IMG/VR virus record: IMGVR_UViG_3300037504_000888 | Coordinates: 39,265 to 103,264 of that record | Reading direction: 5' to 3' (one strand) | Origin: a virus | DNA: 64,000 nt | In this document: in pieces, positions 56,340 to 64,000 of the stretch | Layout: each line of letters opens with the position of its first letter | Position numbering within the stretch: position 1 is the stretch's first letter | The notes under the pieces: generated by a model | Databases searched by the model: none | What the model was told of the DNA's origin: nothing | Seen by the model: only the letters and a program-made list of their open reading frames with translations | Program-made: the position numbers and the translations under genes

Positions 56340-58134
56340 GGGTGAAGCTGCGTTGAAGATGACTCCCGAGGATCTCGAGGAGGACTACGACGATTCTTGG
56401 TACGAGGATGAGGTCTGGCGGCCTGAGTCCGAGGTCGAAGAGGAGCCCATCGTACTCGAGCGGGCTCGGGACAAGCTACCAGAGATCCCCAAAATTCTAC
56501 CAAGCCAGTTCACATCTGGGGTCTTCCAGATGCCCAAGCCGGACGGCACCGGCTACGCGCCCTTCTCCTTTGAGGGGCGCCGGCACCTGCAACGCATCTA
56601 CGACACACCGGCGCGCAAGGTGCTCATGTGCTGCGGGCGGCAGGTCGAGAAGTCCACACTGCTCGGGAACCTCAGCCTCGCCTACATGACGCTTGTCGTC
56701 GGTCTGCGCATCCTATTCGTCTCGCCCTCCAGCACGCAGACGAAGACGTTCAGCAACGACCGCATCAAGGAGCCCATCGAGACAAGCCCACTGTTGACGC
56801 GGTTCACAACGAGCATGCTGACGAAGAACATCTTCGAGAAGCAGTTCGTGAACCGGTCGATGATTACCATGCGGTACGCGTACCTCAACGCGGATCGAAC
56901 TCGTGGCATCCCAGCGTGGCAGCTCTTCCTCGATGAGATTCAGGACATCCTGCGGGACAACATCCCGGTCATCGAGCACTGTCTTAGCCACGCCCCAGAG
57001 ATGTGGCGACGACAAGTGTACTCCGGCACACCGAAGAGCCTCGACAACATCATTGAGGACTATCGCGCCAATCAAAGCACGCAGGGAGAGTGGGTCGTTC
57101 CTTGTGAGGGTTGTAGACACTGGAACGTGTTGGGCGAAAAGAACATCGGCAAAAAGGGTGTCATCTGCGCCAAGTGCGGCAAGCCCATCGACCCGCAGGG
57201 ACCACGAGCACAGTGGGCCTGGATGGTCAAACCCGACCCTACGGACCCGAACAAGGTGCCCTGGGAGAGCTACCGCATACCTCAGCTCATGGTGCCGTGG
57301 AAGCTCAGCGAGGAGGGCTGGGCTGAGGTCCTTTACGGTTACGAGAACTACCCACGCGCCAAGTTCATGAACGAGACTCTCGGCATCTCGTTCGAGTCTG
57401 GGATGCGCCCCATCACCACAGCGCAGATGCGGGACGCTTGTGGTGAGCACTCGATGAACGACCTAGAGACGGTGCGCACCCTTAGCTTGTCGCAGCCTTT
57501 TTTCATGGGGGTCGACTGGGGTACAGGCGACAACGCTTATACCGTCTGCGTGATTGCTACCTACGTCGAGAACCGCTTCCGCGTTCTGTTCGCTCACCGC
57601 TTCGTAGGGGAAGAATCCGACCCTAACGTTCAGTTGAAGAAGCTCGTCGACCTCGGCAGACACTTCAACATTGCCATATTCGGCTGTGACTACGGCTTCG
57701 GCTTTGGGATGAACCACCACCTGGTGCGCGCCTTCGGTGCGCCTCGCGTGATGAAGTACCAGTACATGGGACAACTCGCGAAGAAGGTGTTGTGGGACGA
57801 GAAAATGCAGCGCTGGAAGGCGCACCGCACCGAGGTGATGAGCGCCATCTTCGAGGCGATTAAGAAGAAGAAGTGCGAGTTTCCCAAGTGGGAGGAGTTC
57901 AAGGCGCCCTACGCCAAGGACTTCACCAACATCTACTCCGAGTACAACGAACGGCTGCGCATCGTGCAGTACGACCACAAGCCAGGCAATCCTGACGACA
58001 CGTTCCACGCGTTCACTTACGCTTGGCTCGCCTCGATGATTGTGATACCCCGCCCAGACATCATCTCTCCCTCGAAGGAGGATGAGGACGGGAGACCGAT
58101 CAGCCCTTACTCGGGCCCCGTCGACCAGGGTTAG
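56338..58134 (+). CDS. Terminase large subunit (lambda gpA-like)
   Basis: GRQVEKST, LFLDEIQD, SGTPK, CEGC...CAKC, GVDWG nuclease, DDTFHA. Confidence 0.85.
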   Translation: MGEAALKMTPEDLEEDYDDSWYEDEVWRPESEVEEEPIVLERARDKLPEIPKILPSQFTSGVFQMPKPDGTGYAPFSFEGRRHLQRIYDTPARKVLMCCGRQVEKSTLLGNLSLAYMTLVVGLRILFVSPSSTQTKTFSNDRIKEPIETSPLLTRFTTSMLTKNIFEKQFVNRSMITMRYAYLNADRTRGIPAWQLFLDEIQDILRDNIPVIEHCLSHAPEMWRRQVYSGTPKSLDNIIEDYRANQSTQGEWVVPCEGCRHWNVLGEKNIGKKGVICAKCGKPIDPQGPRAQWAWMVKPDPTDPNKVPWESYRIPQLMVPWKLSEEGWAEVLYGYENYPRAKFMNETLGISFESGMRPITTAQMRDACGEHSMNDLETVRTLSLSQPFFMGVDWGTGDNAYTVCVIATYVENRFRVLFAHRFVGEESDPNVQLKKLVDLGRHFNIAIFGCDYGFGFGMNHHLVRAFGAPRVMKYQYMGQLAKKVLWDEKMQRWKAHRTEVMSAIFEAIKKKKCEFPKWEEFKAPYAKDFTNIYSEYNERLRIVQYDHKPGNPDDTFHAFTYAWLASMIVIPRPDIISPSKEDEDGRPISPYSGPVDQG

Positions 58135-58846
58135 GAAAGTAGATGTGGTCGTGAAGAACGTGCGTGACGGGATCGGCGTCTGTCTCGGGGAACTCGGTTC
58201 GTGCGAAGGACACCCCTCGTCGCTTCGTAACGTAGACCCACGCAGCCTGCCTGAGGTTCCGACGCGCTACTGCGAGCTCCACGTTGGCGGCTACGACCTT
58301 GTGGTCGTAGAGCTCTCCAATGGCCGGGCAGTCCTCGTACAACTTTTGGGCCATATCGAGGAACGGTCTCCATGGTTCGGCATGGTCGGCGTAGCATTCG
58401 ACGAGGTGAAAGAACTCCTCGTGAATGCCGAAGAGGAGCTTGCACCACTCACGAACGTCAGCGAGGCTCAGCTTTGGCTCCAACACGTCCTTCTGAGCCT
58501 TCCAGAGCAACCCAAGAACCTCGTTTTCATCGCTACCGACACGGGCTGCAGTGACCCCCTGCATCCGTTCGAGCATCTCTACGCGACGCTCGAGCGCGCT
58601 GTTCCGAGCTGAGAGTTGTACGATGACCTCCTGCATCTCGAGGAGCGTAGGTACCCGCCGTTCTTCCCGGGCTTGGGCCAGTGCCGCCACCTCTTCGCGG
58701 TCGAACCTCAGGTTTTGTCTCAGCTGCCCGACGCCCCGCAGTGCCCCGGTGCGGTGCATCGTGTAGACTGTTTGGGTGTCAACGCCGAGGATCTCGGCGG
58801 CCTCTTTCGCTGGAATGCCTTCTGTTCCCATGCTCGTTCGCGACAT
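58100..58846 (-). CDS. MerR/excisionase-type (HTH_17) DNA-binding regulator with coiled coil
   Basis: AKEAAEILGVDTQTVY....G.L......LRFDREEV. Confidence 0.7.
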   Translation of the reverse strand: MSRTSMGTEGIPAKEAAEILGVDTQTVYTMHRTGALRGVGQLRQNLRFDREEVAALAQAREERRVPTLLEMQEVIVQLSARNSALERRVEMLERMQGVTAARVGSDENEVLGLLWKAQKDVLEPKLSLADVREWCKLLFGIHEEFFHLVECYADHAEPWRPFLDMAQKLYEDCPAIGELYDHKVVAANVELAVARRNLRQAAWVYVTKRRGVSFARTEFPETDADPVTHVLHDHIYFPNPGRRGPSKG

Positions 58847-58866
58847 GATACTCCTGGTATAGGCCT

Positions 58867-59856
58867 ATGACCCAGTACGATCTACCTCCTCAGGCTGCTC
58901 TTCAGCAATCTTCAGCACGTCCGCTGTCCGGTGAAGAGCTCGAGACGTATGGCAAACACGCCGCCGCGAAGTACGCATGTGGCGAGTGCTGCAGCCTCAA
59001 TGCGGCCGTTGTCGAGACGGTCAAACAAGCGGGTCTGAGTCCCGAGCAGGTGAAGCGGGTCTGCGAGTTCGCCAACACCGATGCGTTCCTCAAGGAGTTC
59101 AAGAAGGAAGCGGCTTCTTCGAAGTACGTCATGTTCGAGAGCGGCCCCGCCGACTTCAGCGAGGTCCTCAAGGACCTGAACGATGGCGGCGGTGGTAGTG
59201 TCTTCGACCGCGGTAATGCGGACTACGCCCACGCCCCAGCCGTGGTGAAGATTGGCGCTGCTAGGCAGCAGTCGATGGAGAAGACTGCTAGCGCCGACCA
59301 GAAGTCTTCTCGTGCCGATGAGGTTCTCGCCGACGCCTTTGCCATCGACAAGACAGCAGAGCCACTCCCCTACGCCAACTCCCTACAAGATGTCCACGAG
59401 CTCCAAGACAAGCTCTCGACGGCGCGCGACAGCGCAACCGCGGAGTTGTCCGCCTTGGAGACCATCATGCTGGACGCCACCGAGGACTTGTACCAACGCG
59501 TCAAGCAGGCCGCCCTCGAAGGGATGCCGCTCGGTCACGTGGTTCAGGCGTGGGACCAGGCGCTGGCGCCAAATCCGGCGTTGGTGAAGGCGGCCTTTGC
59601 CCAGATCGGCCCCCGGCTGCAGGAAGAGGGGGTCTTCAATAGCCTCGACGCCCTAGGTCAGAGCCTCACCAAGACGGCGGGCCTCCGGGCGATCGTCGAT
59701 GAGACTCATCCCATCGTGTCGGCCTTTGGGGCCTACTGCGAGGGAACCGAAAAGCTGGCGATGCTCCGTGCCGCCAGGCAGGAGTTCATCGACGGGATTA
59801 ACCAACTGACTCTGTTCGGAAAGTCCGTCAACGAACACTACCCGGAGCAAGTGTGA
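58867..59856 (+). CDS. Head-module protein rich in K-x-A motifs
   Basis: About ten KHA/KQA/KEA/KTA/KLA motifs; LSPEQVKRVCEFAN. Confidence 0.6.
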   Translation: MTQYDLPPQAALQQSSARPLSGEELETYGKHAAAKYACGECCSLNAAVVETVKQAGLSPEQVKRVCEFANTDAFLKEFKKEAASSKYVMFESGPADFSEVLKDLNDGGGGSVFDRGNADYAHAPAVVKIGAARQQSMEKTASADQKSSRADEVLADAFAIDKTAEPLPYANSLQDVHELQDKLSTARDSATAELSALETIMLDATEDLYQRVKQAALEGMPLGHVVQAWDQALAPNPALVKAAFAQIGPRLQEEGVFNSLDALGQSLTKTAGLRAIVDETHPIVSAFGAYCEGTEKLAMLRAARQEFIDGINQLTLFGKSVNEHYPEQV

Positions 59857-60692
59857 TGAACCCCATCGACGAGTACATCATGGCCAAGGAGGCCGCCGGG
59901 TTCGGGAAGAAGGTCGGCGACTTCTTCAAGAGCGACCCTGGTCGGATCGCCGCAGGCGCCATCGGTACTACAATGGCAACAGCAGGACTCATGGCGGCTC
60001 CTACAGCGGCCAACAAGGTCTATCAGGCGGCTACGAAGCGACAACGCTTCAACGAGATGTTGGACATGAACACGGACCTTGCTGCCTTCAAGAACGAGTC
60101 GCCGGAGGCTGAGAAGCAGTTCAACGCCATGTACAACTCGTTGCACCGGCTCAGCCCCAAGTTTGCTCGTGACCCTCTCGTTGCCGGCAGCTACATGCGG
60201 CAGATGACGATGAATCCCGACAATGCGGGAAAGGTACTCGTCGAATCGATCAAGGGCCACCCCGCCTCCAGCATGCCCAGCATGGGCGACGCGTGGCGCG
60301 CCGGCGCTGGAGCTGGTGGGCGCGTGGTTGGTATGGGCATCGAGCGCGGCATGGACCCGAACTACGGAGCACAGCAGAGGCTCAAGGGCATGGAGCTCCA
60401 GAGAGGGCTTCGAGATGTCGGTCGCGACCTTGCAGTGCCCGACTCTCGTTACCAGATGGAGCAGGAAAAGCGGGACCTCGAGCTGCAACGAGATGTCGGG
60501 AAGGTTCAACAAGATCTGGCTGGGCCCACCCCGCTCGAGACGCTTCGCGAAGAGGCCGAGGAAGCGAAGCTCATCTCTGAACTTGGCAGTCGACCATCTC
60601 CGAGCTACGACCAGATCCGTAAGAACGTTGCTGAGATGGAGCTGGAAGCAAAGCAGGAACGGCTGGCGAAGGATATGCACGGCGGACAGTAA
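59853..60692 (+). CDS. Head-module protein with hydrophobic helices and coiled coil
   Basis: N-terminal IDEYIMAKEAA; tiles the operon. Confidence 0.55.
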   Translation: MMNPIDEYIMAKEAAGFGKKVGDFFKSDPGRIAAGAIGTTMATAGLMAAPTAANKVYQAATKRQRFNEMLDMNTDLAAFKNESPEAEKQFNAMYNSLHRLSPKFARDPLVAGSYMRQMTMNPDNAGKVLVESIKGHPASSMPSMGDAWRAGAGAGGRVVGMGIERGMDPNYGAQQRLKGMELQRGLRDVGRDLAVPDSRYQMEQEKRDLELQRDVGKVQQDLAGPTPLETLREEAEEAKLISELGSRPSPSYDQIRKNVAEMELEAKQERLAKDMHGGQ

Positions 60693-63688
60693 TGCTCAAG
60701 GTCAGCACGTTCGCGTCCGAGAACGAGCTGGGCTACACGGCGGTTCCGCTTTTTGGCCCAGCAGACGGGGAGTTCGAGAAGAACGCTAGCGCTTCTCTTT
60801 TACCTCCAGTTCTCCAGTACATCGAGACTCTGCGGCCCAAGAAGGACTCGCAGTACGTCTTGGTGAACGCTTTGGCCGCGGGTGAGTACTTCGGATGCTT
60901 CCCGGCAGGCACGCTCGTCGAGACCGACACGGGGGAGCAGCCCATCGAGGAGGTCGAGCCGGGAGCGTTGGTTCGGACGCACCTCAACCGGCACCAGAAG
61001 GTGCTGGCGCGCATCCCGAAGCAGGCTGATGAGCTGTGCGACCTCTACGTTCAAGGGTTTCCCAGCAACCTTCCATCGTTGACGGCAACCCCCAATCACG
61101 AGCTCTGGGTTGTCACCCGTCAGGACTTCGTTCAGACGAAGCGTCGGGTGGTCTGGAAGGGCGACACCAGCACTTCTGTGGAGCAACGGCGTGAGCAGGC
61201 GTTAAAGGAGATGGAGTTCTCCTGGGTGCCCATCGGCAGTCTTCAGCCGGGAGACTACATCGCTGAGCCTTTCCCGCTGGATGAAGACCCCGCGGCGCTG
61301 GGGGATGAGAAGTGGAACTGTCCCGAGGTGGCGTTCCTCATGGGGCTGTATGCTGCCGAGGGGTGTACTGTTACCCGCGCAGAGCGTCCGGGGGAGAACC
61401 ACTACGTCGTCTACGTCACCTCTTCTGAGGAAGAGCAGGTCATCCAGCGTGCTGCACAGCATGCTGAGAAGTTCGGGTACTCATTGTACACGGACCGCTC
61501 CAAAGTTACGTCCATCAGAGCCGAGCTACATTGGCAAGACTTTGCACGCTTGTGCTACGAGCACGTGGGCAAGCTGGGTCCACATAAGAAACTAAGCGCA
61601 GCGCTGACCCGCATGCCGCGTGGGTGGCAGCGTGTGTTCCTTGCCGCCTATGCCGCCGGGGATGGCTGCGTTCGTCAGGGTGGGAAAGAAGACGGGTCGC
61701 AGCGGATGGTATCTGCATCGGCAGCGCTCCTTCGCGGCATGCGTCTCATTCTTGCGCGTTGCGGCCTTGTTGGTTCCATTAGTGGACGCCACAACAAGAA
61801 GGCGACGTGGTACAACGGCAGCCCCATCTACGAGCTCAGCGTTAGCGGGGGGCAACTCAAGGGGCGTGGAACGCCGAAGAGTTACTTGCACCCGGATGGC
61901 TACATCCTTTCTGCGGTGAAGAGGGTTGAGCAGTACGCTTGGCAGGGGGAGGTCTACGACCTGACGGTTGAAGAAGACTCTTCATTCGTCGCATCGGGCA
62001 TCTGTGTCCACAACAGTAATATCAATGGCGATTTCTTTCCTGAGGCGGCGCTCATCCACGCTCCCAGTGGTTGGACGAACAACCCGGTTGTAGATAAGGC
62101 GCTGGCGAAGGACTGGCCCTACGGGTTTCCGACGTTCTACAACGCTCATCCGTACGCTCACCACCGCAACAAGGACCCCAGTCGCGCCTACGGTGAAGTC
62201 GAGCTCGCGTTGTGGAACGACCAGATGAAGCGCGTCGAGCTCGTAGTCCGTGTCGACTACGACAAGTGTGTGCAGTTCGGCGGCGTGCCCGTCTGGGACA
62301 AGCTGGTCAAGGGGCAGTTTCCAGACGTCAGCATGGGGAGCAAAGTCCCCTATGACACCAGCTCCATCACACTGGACTGGGAGTTGTACCGCAAGGCGCA
62401 GGAGACCTTCGACCCGAAGAAGCACAAGCATCCGGGCATCGCCGTCCTCGAGTTTCACAAGAAGCTCAAGAAGAAGGATGGCAAGGGAATCCCCGGCGTC
62501 TCCATCACGCGGGACGACTACGACGAGTACTGTACCAAGCACATGAACCGCATCCTGCCCGATGGCAGGAAGGTGTTCGTCTACAACGACTACCCCCGCT
62601 TCTTCGACATCAGCTTCGTGTTCATCGGCGCCGACCGCACGGCGAAGACCCTGGTCTACATTCACCAGACCAAGGACAAGCCCAGTGTGAAGATCGCTGA
62701 GGCAGGCGAGAAGGTTGCCAGCGTGCAGCAGAAGTGCCTGAATGCCGTCATGGACCTAGCCGAGGCCAACCCGGGCCTTACCGTGATGACTGGTCCTGCC
62801 GACAAGAAGTACGACACGCGCCACTTCTGGGCCGTGGACAAGAAGGGGAAGGTTCACGACCCCACCCGCAGCGACTACAAGCACTACTCCCAAGGCAAGC
62901 CCCTCGACATGGCGGCCAATGCGGAGGCGCTCGGCGAGATTCGGAAGACAGCGGCCATTCCTGAGGAGAACTTCGTCAGCGCCCTCATCAAGGGTGCGGA
63001 ACAACGCAAGCGTGCGGAGATCGAGAAGGAGGTCGTGCCGAGTCAGTTGGCGAGCAAGGCCATCCCCGTGCTGACGAAGACTGAGTCGGACTTGCCAGAC
63101 GAGCTTATCAACGCCATGGCAGCCAAGCCGCTCGACGAGGCGCTTTCTACCTCAAGCGGGCTCTGTATGGTGATCAAGCCGCGTGAGTTTCAACGCATTG
63201 TACTCATCCGCGCCGGTAAGAAGCCGCTAGCGGATGCGCTGGACGACCGGGGCATCCTCTTCCCCAAGACGGAGGAGAGGGACGAAAGCCTGCAACTTTC
63301 TGAGGAAAAAGTGCTTCCGGCGCTCGCCAAAGCGTTGATGCCGATGTTCGACATGAGGTCGGCGATGGCACCTGCGATTGAACGCCGTGTTGTAATTGCG
63401 TTCAACCCGTCGATGGGTGATGTAACGCCTACTTCCCTTCCTTCAGAAGACCTCCGTAAGATTGGAGCTGCATACAGCGCGTACCGCAATCAGCTGATCG
63501 ACATGGCACCCCACGCTCAAGACCTCATCACTAAGACTGCTTCGTCGAAGGACGTCGAGCTCATGAAGGTGGCAAGTGCCGATGCTGATGATATTTTCAC
63601 CCATCTATCCTTCCTCTACATGCGGGATGCCTACTTGGATGAACTCCCGCTTGGTGATGAAACGGAGTCGATGGTACAACTTTCGTAA
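60692..63688 (+). CDS. Prohead (head maturation) protease, HK97/assemblin-like fold, intein-containing, with long C-terminal extension
   Basis: Exteins GEYFG|SNINGDFF, HH.NKD....GEV, DVSMG (catalytic Ser), FFDISFVFIGAD. Confidence 0.7.
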   Translation: MLKVSTFASENELGYTAVPLFGPADGEFEKNASASLLPPVLQYIETLRPKKDSQYVLVNALAAGEYFGCFPAGTLVETDTGEQPIEEVEPGALVRTHLNRHQKVLARIPKQADELCDLYVQGFPSNLPSLTATPNHELWVVTRQDFVQTKRRVVWKGDTSTSVEQRREQALKEMEFSWVPIGSLQPGDYIAEPFPLDEDPAALGDEKWNCPEVAFLMGLYAAEGCTVTRAERPGENHYVVYVTSSEEEQVIQRAAQHAEKFGYSLYTDRSKVTSIRAELHWQDFARLCYEHVGKLGPHKKLSAALTRMPRGWQRVFLAAYAAGDGCVRQGGKEDGSQRMVSASAALLRGMRLILARCGLVGSISGRHNKKATWYNGSPIYELSVSGGQLKGRGTPKSYLHPDGYILSAVKRVEQYAWQGEVYDLTVEEDSSFVASGICVHNSNINGDFFPEAALIHAPSGWTNNPVVDKALAKDWPYGFPTFYNAHPYAHHRNKDPSRAYGEVELALWNDQMKRVELVVRVDYDKCVQFGGVPVWDKLVKGQFPDVSMGSKVPYDTSSITLDWELYRKAQETFDPKKHKHPGIAVLEFHKKLKKKDGKGIPGVSITRDDYDEYCTKHMNRILPDGRKVFVYNDYPRFFDISFVFIGADRTAKTLVYIHQTKDKPSVKIAEAGEKVASVQQKCLNAVMDLAEANPGLTVMTGPADKKYDTRHFWAVDKKGKVHDPTRSDYKHYSQGKPLDMAANAEALGEIRKTAAIPEENFVSALIKGAEQRKRAEIEKEVVPSQLASKAIPVLTKTESDLPDELINAMAAKPLDEALSTSSGLCMVIKPREFQRIVLIRAGKKPLADALDDRGILFPKTEERDESLQLSEEKVLPALAKALMPMFDMRSAMAPAIERRVVIAFNPSMGDVTPTSLPSEDLRKIGAAYSAYRNQLIDMAPHAQDLITKTASSKDVELMKVASADADDIFTHLSFLYMRDAYLDELPLGDETESMVQLS
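60896..62014 (+). mobile_element. Intein (373 aa) with LAGLIDADG homing endonuclease
   Basis: Block A CFPAGTLV, block B TATPNHELW, blocks C/E LMGLYAAEG and LAAYAAGDG, blocks F/G VYDLTVEEDSSFVASGICVHN, +1 Ser. Confidence 0.95.
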
Positions 63689-63785
63689 CAGGCGCAAGCC
63701 AGCGTGGAGAGGGGCCTCCCCTCGAGGAAGCGTGGACGGAATCTGAGCGAACCAGAGCGAACCAGACCACACCCGGAGATGAACC
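63672..63785 (+). promoter_or_regulatory. Extended -10-like element and ~100-nt repeat-containing leader
   Basis: TGGTACAAC at 63672; AGCGTGGA x2; GAGCGAACCA x2 tandem; GGAG RBS. Confidence 0.4.
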
Positions 63786-64000
63786 ATGGGAATGAACCCC
63801 ACTCTCGCTGCCATGTACAACACCCACGGAGCCGGACAGGCACTGCAGGAAGAGCAGGTCAAGGTTGCGCACCTCGACCTCTTCGCCAAGGCCGCCATGG
63901 CCAACGGTATCGACCTCAGTCAGCTCGACGATGAGACGAAGAACGAGCTTTTCGCCGAATTCACCACCAAACTCGCCGAGGAAGACGGCGGCGAGGAGGG
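63786..64000 (+). CDS. Scaffold/head protein candidate, 3'-truncated
   Basis: MGMNPTLAAMYNTHG...QVKVAH...FAKAA...FAEFTTKLAEEDGGEE; follows the prohead protease. Confidence 0.55.
   Translation, partial: MGMNPTLAAMYNTHGAGQALQEEQVKVAHLDLFAKAAMANGIDLSQLDDETKNELFAEFTTKLAEEDGGEE

Noticed and set aside
58100-58846. Excisionase indicating a prophage boundary
   Set aside because: HTH_17 domain is fused to a long helical region, and no integrase or att site is visible

Overview
This 64-kb GC-rich window reads as part of a large tailed phage genome (probably contractile-tailed; no cellular housekeeping context). It alternates rightward virion modules with leftward replication/early modules. In order: tail-fibre and lysis-like genes with an inserted SNF2-ParB-pyrophosphatase polyvalent protein, then a glycosyltransferase/radical-SAM pair (1-15.7 kb, +). 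A leftward replication/recombination operon follows (RusA, solo Cas4, RecA/UvsX, HU, family-A DNA polymerase split by a group I intron with an HNH endonuclease, SSB-like protein, primase, DnaB helicase, UDG, SF2 helicase; 15.8-33.0 kb). Next come head genes and the portal (33.1-38.8 kb, +) and a leftward MoxR-ATPase/VWA-metallopeptidase block (38.8-43.2 kb). The last block has a 2207-aa single-chain beta-beta' RNA polymerase, a baseplate spike, the large terminase and an intein-containing HK97-type prohead protease (43.3-64 kb, +). Most notable: (i) a recurrent K-x-A / F-x-D-E-h-x-K-x-A motif in head-module proteins, often at domain boundaries, suggesting protease-processed capsid cargo; (ii) the fused, zinc-finger-less RNAP with a divergent rifampicin pocket, plus a candidate GGCATAACnGC promoter; (iii) seven tandem TAG codons separating the in-frame SSB and DNA polymerase genes; (iv) a precisely mappable group I intron in polymerase motif B. 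All functional calls come from motif reading by eye; no database searches were run.
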